Of a stretch of DNA of 32,000 bases, positions 24,874-32,000 are shown piece after piece. Position numbers and translations under genes: made by a program. Origin of the DNA: an uncultured Chloroflexia bacterium (GTDB taxonomy: Bacteria; Chloroflexota; Anaerolineae; Anaerolineales; Anaerolineaceae); assembly GCA_963704755.1 (NCBI GenBank), contig OY969938.1, positions 2,130,001 to 2,162,000 on the forward strand. Reading direction: 5' to 3'. The notes under the pieces were generated by a model. It had not been told where the DNA came from, did no database searches, and was given only the letters and a program-made list of their open reading frames with translations. Position 1 is the stretch's first letter. Every line of letters begins with the position of its first letter.

Positions 24874-27483
24874 TTACTTCGTGACCACAAATTCAGAAGT
24901 CTCGAAGGCGGGGATACTGACAGCTTTAGAAGAAGCAGCTACGGTCAGTTTGGCCGTGCCGGCATCCAGTTTAGCCGTGTCATCACCAGTCAGATTGACC
25001 TGGTATTGGCCTTCGCTAACGAAGTCAGCGGTACCCGACGAAACAATAGAGCCATCCACATTGAAGAGCGTGTAGGACACGGTATCAATGTCTTTGGAAG
25101 GATAGGGTTGATCATTGTAGTCGATCGTGACATCGAAGGAAGTGGCGTCACCAGCATTCACGGTCGTCGGGCCATCAACCGACATCGTCATCAGCTCAGG
25201 CTGGCTGAAGCTGGAGAACTGGTCGGCCGGGAACATGTACTGATCGTAATGCTTTACAGTGATGGTGCCTTCCACCGGGTAGACCTGATCCACATAATAT
25301 GGGCCAGTTCCCAGTACGATGTGCTTGTGGGCAGCATAGAACGTCTTCAGGTTGTTGTAAGCCGTCACTGCGTCGTCAGCGGTGAGGTACTGGCTCATCG
25401 TCGGGGCGTAGGGGATGTAGCTGTCCGCAATATCCTGATCAACGTAAGCCATCTGGACATCCAGGGTCGGGCCAGATACCTGGCTCAAGTAGTCGATGTT
25501 CGCAGCAGTAGCTTTGTCTTTAGAGAAAGCCATCTTGCCATCCGCAACAGCCTGTACGGCTGGGGCCAGGTTATGCCAGGCCAACATACCGCCGGCGAAC
25601 TGAGTAGGCCCATAAATGTTGGGGTACCAGTCCTTGATGTTGTTTTCGGCATCCAGAGCGAAGGTATCGTCGTAGGTCTCGATGGTCAGCGGGTCGGTCG
25701 AAACGATCTTGACGCCCTTGAAGTGGGTCAGGTAAGTGTCGATACCATTGGCCAGGGTTTCGTCGTAGATCGGGCTGTCTTTCTTGCCAGGATCGAAGGT
25801 CATGATCATGTTGAAGACGATGTCGGCAACCGAGAACGGAGTTCCGTCATGCCAGGTTGTCTTGAACAGATCGGGGCTGTATACGACGGTGGCCTTGGTC
25901 TTGGCAGTCGGCTTCCAGGTTGGGTCAGCAGCCTCTTTTTCGGCCGCGGTGACGAACTTCTGGTTGGTTGCATCCCAGTCAACCCAGGCATCATCTGGCA
26001 CCTGGATGTTATCCTGGAATTCGAGGGTCACCCAACTACTCTGTGGTTGTGCAATCGGCAGGCCGGTTTGAGCTACCAGGTCGGCGCTTTGGACCAGCTT
26101 GGGCATTTCGAGTCCGGTATAGGGGTTGAACACGGTACCGTAATCTACGCCCGTGTTACGTACGATCGTGTCGTCAATCCAGTTCGAACCAGCAACTGGG
26201 TTCCAGGCATCAACCAAAATACCCGAGCTCGCGATTTTGAGGGTTCCGCCTGTCTGATCGGTGAAGTGAGCAGTATAGGGGAACAGCGAAGCGCCGGCAA
26301 AACCACCCGCCAGGTCGGAAGCAGCCTGAACCTTGCTGCTGTAAGCTTCGAAAGCGATCGGGTCATTGACCCAAACGCCCCACCAGGATTCGGTCATTGA
26401 ATCATTCAACGCAGTCTGGAACAATTGCTTGCGTTCGTCCATGGTGGAGAAGCTGTTGGTGTACAAACTCTGGGAAGCATCCAACAGTTCCTTCGAGGGT
26501 TTGTAGTCATTCATGACGGAAATGTTCTGAAGCTGGCCGGTGTCATATTCGAGGAAGTCCAGGCCCTCATCGCGATAGATCTGGGGAGAAATCCAGCCAG
26601 CGGTATAAACATGGAACGCGCAGGTGGTTGGGTCACCCTGCCAAATCGGGCTGGCATCGCTGCGGGTTTTTTCCTGGCGATCAACGGTGAAACCGAGGTC
26701 TTCGAGCTGATTGGAGAAGTATTCACCAATTTGCTTGCGCAGATCTTCAGTCCGGATCAGGACAACCAGGGTAACGGGTTTACCGTCGTATTGCCATTTG
26801 CCATCCGAGCCCATCGTTGCGCCCAGGGTAGGCATTTCTTCATTGACGACTGCTTTCGCCTTGTCCATATCATAGGCGTACTTGGTCGAGATCGCGCTGA
26901 ACAGATCGGCATAGCGAGCGTAATCCGGGAAAGCCGTCATGAAGGGGGTGTATTTGGCAGTAGCCAAACCGCTGAAGATCTCCTGTACGACGTAATTGCG
27001 GTCGACAGCCCAGTTCATCGCCTCGCGGATTTTCTGATCCGTGAAAGGATTGAGTTGGGTGGTGTCGGAGCATTGCGATGTATTGAAGAGCAACTGGTTT
27101 TCGGAACCATAGGTATTGGCATAGCTCAAGGTCGGGTCATTTTTGACCGTGTTGAACACATCAGCTTTATCAATGGTTGCGGAGTACAGATCAATCGTGC
27201 CCGCCTGGATCTGAGCAACCGCCGGCTCAGGATCAGCAACGGCCGAGAAAACCATTCCATCCAGCCAACTGGCTGTAGTACTGGGGGTGGTGGCTGCTTC
27301 AGTCGGAGCGGTTGTAGCTTCGGCTGTCGTAGGGGCCTCGGTAGGTTGTTCAACGGTGGTAGCTTGTGCTTCCGTTGGCGCAGTTGTCGGCGCCGTGGTG
27401 GCTGTGGCTGCAGGCTGGCAAGCCGTCAGGACTGTAGCTACGACCAAAATCACACCTACAATCAAACTTAACTTTTTATTCAT
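24874..27483 (-). CDS. Very large (869 aa) family-5 ABC substrate-binding lipoprotein (peptide/nickel/oligosaccharide class)
   Basis: Lipobox VLTAC, an Ala/Thr/Pro-rich linker, and family-5-type patterns (e.g. LGTGPYYVDQ). SD GGAGGAG upstream. First gene of the opp-like operon. Confidence 0.85.
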   Translation of the reverse strand: MNKKLSLIVGVILVVATVLTACQPAATATTAPTTAPTEAQATTVEQPTEAPTTAEATTAPTEAATTPSTTASWLDGMVFSAVADPEPAVAQIQAGTIDLYSATIDKADVFNTVKNDPTLSYANTYGSENQLLFNTSQCSDTTQLNPFTDQKIREAMNWAVDRNYVVQEIFSGLATAKYTPFMTAFPDYARYADLFSAISTKYAYDMDKAKAVVNEEMPTLGATMGSDGKWQYDGKPVTLVVLIRTEDLRKQIGEYFSNQLEDLGFTVDRQEKTRSDASPIWQGDPTTCAFHVYTAGWISPQIYRDEGLDFLEYDTGQLQNISVMNDYKPSKELLDASQSLYTNSFSTMDERKQLFQTALNDSMTESWWGVWVNDPIAFEAYSSKVQAASDLAGGFAGASLFPYTAHFTDQTGGTLKIASSGILVDAWNPVAGSNWIDDTIVRNTGVDYGTVFNPYTGLEMPKLVQSADLVAQTGLPIAQPQSSWVTLEFQDNIQVPDDAWVDWDATNQKFVTAAEKEAADPTWKPTAKTKATVVYSPDLFKTTWHDGTPFSVADIVFNMIMTFDPGKKDSPIYDETLANGIDTYLTHFKGVKIVSTDPLTIETYDDTFALDAENNIKDWYPNIYGPTQFAGGMLAWHNLAPAVQAVADGKMAFSKDKATAANIDYLSQVSGPTLDVQMAYVDQDIADSYIPYAPTMSQYLTADDAVTAYNNLKTFYAAHKHIVLGTGPYYVDQVYPVEGTITVKHYDQYMFPADQFSSFSQPELMTMSVDGPTTVNAGDATSFDVTIDYNDQPYPSKDIDTVSYTLFNVDGSIVSSGTADFVSEGQYQVNLTGDDTAKLDAGTAKLTVAASSKAVSIPAFETSEFVVTK

Positions 27484-27905
27484 CTTTCTCCTCCGAAAAG
27501 TACGTGGATAGTGAACTATTCAGACACTTAAGGTCGCTCATTTTCGATAGATGAAGTTGCAACGACAGGTATCGTAAGCTGTCAGGACCACGCAGCCTAG
27601 ACCAGCATGCTGATAACCAGAAGTGCAGTTCGCTTCATTACTTCTCCTCCTTTTATTGGACTTTATGGTGGGACTGAAATGGGATTGGCGAACGATGCCA
27701 CCTGTTACCGACGTATATCTATTCGGTTAACAAGTGGCAGTATATACAAGTATACTAAACGACTTGCCGCCAAGTTGCAAGCAATATAGCATACTATTTT
27801 TTGTAAGTCAAGAGATCGTAATTACGACCAAATTAGTCACAATTAATTATTATAATCCTGATTAATGGGCTTTCGCGACTACTCAACCGAACGGGAAAGA
27901 ATGGC

Positions 27906-29867
27906 CTAACTCCCGCTGCAAGCCTCCCCGGTATCGAAAGACTCCAGGTTCCATAATTCGCTGGTCGCACTCACATCCTGGCTGAACCCGCACAGATCCG
28001 GGCGGGCCACATCGATTTTAAGCGGGTAATACAGCGGTACTACCGGCATATCCTCGGCAAACAGCTCCTGGACGGACTGGTTGGCCTGCTGGTAAGCGTC
28101 CGCCTGGCCCGGGTTCGTTTTCATCGCGGCTGCACAGGCGGCATCGTAAGTCGAATCGCTGAACCCGGTCACATTGACGCCCAGCCAGTTGTTCTCTGCA
28201 CTCGGGATCTGGCTGCTGGTGTACAAGAAGCATGGCGACCCACTGCCCGACTGCCAGGAGAACTCGGCCAGGTCGAAATTACGGCCAAACAAAGGCCCGT
28301 CCGGGCCGGGTGCGTACAAATCGCCGGTATCCATGAACTTAACGTTCACCTGGATGCCGCAGGCGCTCATCGATTCGGTCAGGATATTTGCTGCCATCTC
28401 GTGCAGGCGCGAATCGGCCAGGATCAGGTTGACCGATAAGGGCGTGCCGCTCAATACAGTGGCTACGTTGACGGCCTGCCGCGGTGTCGAAGGATCGTTA
28501 TCCTGGTCCACCCAGCCGGCTTCATCCAGCAACTGCCCTCCTTTCTGCGGATCGTACGGCAGAGGCGTCAGATCCTTGTCGTAAAGCGGGTTGGTCGGCG
28601 AGAAAAAGCTGGCCGGCACCTGCGACAACCCGTACAGCAGCTTATCGATAATCGACTGGCGGTCCATGCAGTAGGCAAAGGCCTGGCGTACGCGCACGTC
28701 GCTGAAGATATCGCTGCGGTAATTGCCATAAGGGGTATAGCCATTGTCATAAGCAGCCAGTTTAATTCCGAAATCGACGTGTTCCCATTCGGGGCCCATT
28801 CCGCTGTAGATTTTAAGGTCACCTTTTTGCTGCAGGTCGGTCAGGGTAGAAAGCTGCCCATCCCAATCGATGGTCTGATCGAGCAGGTCGCATTGGCCGC
28901 TGGTTAGCGCAGCCAGGTTGTTATCGGGCGGCTCGCCCAGGAAGCGGAAGGTCAACTGATCGAATTTCGGCAGGCCCTCGGAGGCACGGAAATAATTGGG
29001 GTTCTTGACCAGGTCGATATGATCGCCCTGGACCCAATCTTTTATAATGTAGGGACCCCACCCCATAGGCGTACGGTTGACCTCGTCGGCGGTCAGCAGT
29101 TGGGCGGTTGTGTACTTACTCCAGGCATGCTGAGGAAATGGCAGCCAGAAATAAGCCGCCATATCGGTGGGGATAAAACCGGGCACGCCGGTCCAGACGA
29201 CGGTCTGGTCATCGGTAGCCTGGTAGCTGGCGGTCTGGTCGATCTGTTGCTTGGAGGTCGGCGTCTGCGGATCGGCCGCTACCTGGTAGGCATAGACCGA
29301 ATCCCCCGCGGTCAGCGGCTGGCCATCCGACCACAACAGGCCCGGCAGCAGCCGGTAGGTCAGGCTGAGCTGGTCCATCTGCAGCGGTGAAGTTCCATCC
29401 CAGGGCACCGCGCAGCTCGCATCCGTACAGCCCGCGGGCAGCACGCTCACACCGGTATCCAGGTAAGCCAGGTTCCCATTCGCATCCATAATCTCCTGGC
29501 CGCGTTGAACCGCCACACTGGAAACTACCGCGTCGCCATTGGCCTGGCTGGGTAAATCTTTTAGGATGACCGGCTGATTCTGGAAATCGCGGATATCGAT
29601 CGGTCCATCATAGATGGCCTGCAGGACACTCCAGGTAGCGTGGGTGCTGCTGACGTTTACGTACAGAGATTGGGGTTCTTGCCCCTGGCAAATCGTCAAC
29701 TCTCGCGGGGGAACAGGCGTAGCGGTTGGGGTGGCGGGCAACGATGTTGGAGCGGACGTGGTGCTGGTTGGGGTAACGGCGGGTGGGTTTGCAGTGGTAC
29801 AGGCCGAGAGGGCCAGACTTATCAAGATGATCACCGCTGCGCAAACTTGCGATCGGCGAGAGTGCAT
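27906..29867 (-). CDS. Family-5 ABC substrate-binding lipoprotein (second, paralogous binding protein)
   Basis: Lipobox LALSAC and a Thr/Pro linker. Family-5 patterns: GWGPYIIKDWVQGDHIDLVKNPNYF, YCMDRQSII. Start taken at ATG 29867 (GGAG upstream) rather than the track's TTG 29888. Confidence 0.85.
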   Translation of the reverse strand: MHSRRSQVCAAVIILISLALSACTTANPPAVTPTSTTSAPTSLPATPTATPVPPRELTICQGQEPQSLYVNVSSTHATWSVLQAIYDGPIDIRDFQNQPVILKDLPSQANGDAVVSSVAVQRGQEIMDANGNLAYLDTGVSVLPAGCTDASCAVPWDGTSPLQMDQLSLTYRLLPGLLWSDGQPLTAGDSVYAYQVAADPQTPTSKQQIDQTASYQATDDQTVVWTGVPGFIPTDMAAYFWLPFPQHAWSKYTTAQLLTADEVNRTPMGWGPYIIKDWVQGDHIDLVKNPNYFRASEGLPKFDQLTFRFLGEPPDNNLAALTSGQCDLLDQTIDWDGQLSTLTDLQQKGDLKIYSGMGPEWEHVDFGIKLAAYDNGYTPYGNYRSDIFSDVRVRQAFAYCMDRQSIIDKLLYGLSQVPASFFSPTNPLYDKDLTPLPYDPQKGGQLLDEAGWVDQDNDPSTPRQAVNVATVLSGTPLSVNLILADSRLHEMAANILTESMSACGIQVNVKFMDTGDLYAPGPDGPLFGRNFDLAEFSWQSGSGSPCFLYTSSQIPSAENNWLGVNVTGFSDSTYDAACAAAMKTNPGQADAYQQANQSVQELFAEDMPVVPLYYPLKIDVARPDLCGFSQDVSATSELWNLESFDTGEACSGS

Positions 29868-30087
29868 TTTATCGGTTCTCCGTGTCAAAATGTTTTCATC
29901 AGCGGCGCGGTGAATTGCTCGGCTCGCGCCACCTACGAAAGCGGTTCACAAATCAGTCGAATTTTCCGGGTCTGGAAAAGGGCAAACTTTTGTGTGCCGG
30001 CAATGAGCCGGCTGTTCTTGATTATATCCAATAAGTGCTTTCTCGCAGAAATATGGATGTTTTTCGACACCCTTCCTGAATCGAAAG

Positions 30088-30133
30088 GTAGGGATATGGG
30101 ATGGCGCGGCGAAGCCGCGCCATCCCATATCCC
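30088..30133. repeat. GTAG-prefixed perfect 20-bp-stem palindrome (43 nt) in the divergent SBP/fur intergenic region
   Basis: gggatatgggatggcgcggc (30091-30110), loop gaa, gccgcgccatcccatatccc (30114-30133). GTAG at 30088-30091 overlaps the first stem base. Confidence 0.85.
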
Positions 30134-30260
30134 CCATATTTCTTCAAGTGAAGGCGTTTTTCAACACCCTGTTCTTTTTTACTTGATTAGTTCAATCGAA
30201 CCGGGGTAGAATCGATTCACTTGCCAATCAGGGCAACGTTTTGCGTGAAGGACAGGAACC

Positions 30261-30677
30261 ATGAGGGCCTCATCGGTCACCAGCGCAATCAAAGAATTGC
30301 TGGATCAAAACGGACCTACCCACTACTCGGCGGGTGAAATATACGAACGCATCCGCGACCGGCTTCCGGCTGTGAATCAGTCTACGGTATACCGTGCCCT
30401 GGAGCGAATGGCAAAGGCAGGAGAAATTTCGGTATCCGATATGGGGACCGGATCAGCCGTGTATGAAGGGTTGGCCAACGGCATCCACCATCACCTGGTT
30501 TGCCAGGTGTGTGGGCGGGTGATGACCATTGGCCACGAAGAAGTCGATACGTTTTTTTCTGCGGTGGAGCAGCGTCATAGCTTTCACGTCCTCACCAACC
30601 ACCTGGTTCTTTTTGGGGTCTGTTCGAGCTGTCTGGCAGAAAACGGCCAAACCATCGACGAGGATGAATCCGAATAA
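30261..30677 (+). CDS. Fur-family metalloregulator (Fur/Zur/Nur/PerR class)
   Basis: Winged-helix segment STVYRALERMAKAGEI. Metal-site pattern HHHLVCQVCGRV...GVCSSC (two CxxC). Confidence 0.85.
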   Translation: MRASSVTSAIKELLDQNGPTHYSAGEIYERIRDRLPAVNQSTVYRALERMAKAGEISVSDMGTGSAVYEGLANGIHHHLVCQVCGRVMTIGHEEVDTFFSAVEQRHSFHVLTNHLVLFGVCSSCLAENGQTIDEDESE

Positions 30678-30815
30678 AGGTTTTGTTGCAATGCAGTTGC
30701 AACAAAAAATGCAGATCGCAAGCCCTTTCTATTCGGCCTATAACCAGCGGATCTCTTCTGATTTCCCGGGTCTTCGACCACGGCGGTCATAATATTGGGA
30801 GGATAGCAACATATA

Positions 30816-31358
30816 ATGGAGAGGCTCACGTTGATCCAACTCTCACCCGATTGGCGGCTGGCCTTGCTGGACATGGCCAGAGATTACCAGGCAGCCGGTG
30901 AAGAGCGCTGCCAGTCTATCCTGGCCATGAACGACGAAGTTTTTTTCGCCTACCTGCGCGGCCTGGAAGACGAATTTAAAGAAGAAAATTTACCAGTCGA
31001 CATCGCTCCTCAAACCACTTACTGGCTGACCAGGGATGACCTGCTGGTTGGCTACGTGAACATCCGCCACCGGCTGACTCCGGCGCTGGAACAAGAAGGC
31101 GGCAACATCAACTACACTATACGCCCGTCCGAACGCGGCAAGGGTTATGGCAAGCAGCTATTAGCCCTGGCCATCCAACAGGCCGCCAGCCTGGGCCTGG
31201 AAACGGCCCTGGTCACCTGCGAAGAAGATAATCCTTCGGCAATCAGCGTGATCGAAGGCAACGGCGGTGAATTAATCGATACGGCCCCATCCAGGAAAAG
31301 CGGGAAAAACATCCGCCGTTATCGAATTTCCATCAATCCCTCAGCCAAGGGCGAGTAA
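30816..31358 (+). CDS. GNAT-family N-acetyltransferase
   Basis: Acetyl-CoA-binding motif A-like RPSERGKGYGKQLLALAIQQA. The length and layout are typical of GNAT. SD GGGAGGA upstream. Confidence 0.75.
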   Translation: MERLTLIQLSPDWRLALLDMARDYQAAGEERCQSILAMNDEVFFAYLRGLEDEFKEENLPVDIAPQTTYWLTRDDLLVGYVNIRHRLTPALEQEGGNINYTIRPSERGKGYGKQLLALAIQQAASLGLETALVTCEEDNPSAISVIEGNGGELIDTAPSRKSGKNIRRYRISINPSAKGE

Positions 31359-32000
31359 GCCGGCAGGTTTTCCCAGCCGGCCGCGTACCAGCGCAGGTAG
31401 GTTTGAACGTTGCTGCTCCAATATTCCGCGTCGTGCTCCCCGGGCAGGAGATGAAATTCGTGCGCAACGTTTAGTTTGGTCAACAGCGCATCGTATTCAC
31501 CGGCATTCTTCTTGGTCGGGTCCCGGTCGCCCACGTCGATCCAGATGCGCGGGCGCTCGTCCAGGGGTATATCCGCCAACCAGCGCGATGTGCTGGTATC
31601 GGTGCCATAAAAGGTCGGCAGCGAGTGGGCGCCGATCTCCCCGAAAAGCTGCCAGTGGGTAAGCCCCAGGTAAACCGCCCACGAGGCTCCGCGCGAAAGC
31701 CCACCCACTGCCCGGCATTGGCGCAACGAGCAGGTTGGAAAGGTCCTATCCACCAAAGGGATCACGCTATCGATCAAAGCTTCTTCATAGCCCGAGGTAA
31801 ACGGGTTGCCGGCTGAATTATTTTCCAGCGGCATCACGACCATAAACGGCTTGACCTCGCCGTGGGAGATCAGGTAGTCGGCCCAATCGGGAACGCCTAA
31901 ATCGACCCACTGGTCCTGGGTGAATAATTGCCCGTGCAGCAGGTACAATACCGGGTATCGCACTGCGCCATCCGCCTGAAAACAGGGCGGCAGGTATACG
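31319..32000 (-). CDS. Putative esterase (esterase D / enterochelin-esterase-like alpha/beta hydrolase), 5' end beyond the window
   Basis: RYPVLYLLHG oxyanion-region motif. Nucleophile elbow GGLSRGASWA (G-x-S-x-G). The frame stays open upstream of the track's GTG (…VYLPPCFQADGAV…) to the window edge. Confidence 0.75.
   Translation of the reverse strand, partial: VYLPPCFQADGAVRYPVLYLLHGQLFTQDQWVDLGVPDWADYLISHGEVKPFMVVMPLENNSAGNPFTSGYEEALIDSVIPLVDRTFPTCSLRQCRAVGGLSRGASWAVYLGLTHWQLFGEIGAHSLPTFYGTDTSTSRWLADIPLDERPRIWIDVGDRDPTKKNAGEYDALLTKLNVAHEFHLLPGEHDAEYWSSNVQTYLRWYAAGWENLPAYSPLAEGLMEIR

Noticed and set aside
24646-27471. Long plus-strand ORFs (584 aa at 24646-26400, 348 aa at 26425-27471) opposite the 869-aa binding-protein gene.
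   Set aside because: They are antisense shadow ORFs of a clearly homologous minus-strand gene. Their translations are low-complexity, Arg/Gly/Val-rich, and carry no motifs. The same applies to 238-930(+), 1655-2245(-), 3216-4052(-), 14465-15226(+), 16631-17305(+), 20361-21203(+) and 21540-22118(+).
29868-30260. Fur box / operator for the adjacent Fur-family regulator, for example around cttgattatatccaataag at about 30013-30031.
   Set aside because: This A/T-rich stretch has only 4 of 9 symmetric positions paired and little match to the GATAATGATAATCATTATC consensus. It is not supportable.
1-32000. Mobile-element genes (transposase, integrase, recombinase, RAYT), phage genes, or recognisable defence systems.
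   Set aside because: No ORF on either strand shows DDE, HUH/Y1, tyrosine or serine recombinase, or typical defence-gene motifs. Accessory character is limited to the repeat array, the GTAG palindromes and the A/T-richer E2-like gene.

Overview
The window looks like chromosomal DNA from a moderately high-GC, probably monoderm bacterium. The gene content suggests Chloroflexota, but that is inference only.

Gene content, left to right:
- 1-810 (-): start of an Alternative Complex III operon. A pentahaem ActA is followed by a Tat-signal ActB fragment that runs off the window.
- 1295-5770 (+): a divergent caa3-type haem-copper oxidase operon. It holds a subunit II-cytochrome c fusion, a subunit I/III fusion, a small membrane protein, subunit III and subunit IV.
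- 6090-8179 (+): an OmpR-type response regulator and a histidine kinase.
- 8366-11918 (+): a hypothetical protein, an auracyanin-like lipoprotein cupredoxin, and a large secreted protein with a lytic-transglycosylase domain.
- 13630-15893 (-): an A/T-richer stand-alone 2-oxoacid dehydrogenase E2 catalytic-domain gene, a YjjX-type ITPase/XTPase and a SAM methyltransferase.
- 16019-19798 (-): a large secreted S8 protease and a response regulator with a non-DNA-binding output domain.
- 20074-29867 (-): an Opp/Dpp-type ABC importer with two very large family-5 binding lipoproteins.
- 30261-32000: a Fur-family regulator, a GNAT acetyltransferase and a partial esterase.

The most unusual element is at about 11911-13512. 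It lies between two convergent genes and holds about 4.5 head-to-tail copies of an exactly 358-bp non-coding unit. The copies are about 96% identical and show no length variation.
- Each unit carries several hairpins. Two of them are paralogous modules with identical flanks and loop but fully compensated, different stems.
- Four palindromes per unit are preceded by GTAG, in both orientations, which is a REP/BIME-like signature.
- No transposase, RAYT, integrase, CRISPR array or tRNA/rRNA gene is visible in the window.

Two or three genes (ctaD, oppC, possibly the cox subunit IV start) show single-nucleotide frame breaks at short homopolymers. That pattern points to assembly indels rather than true pseudogenes.

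All coordinates of small motifs were indexed by hand. No searches or folding programs were run.
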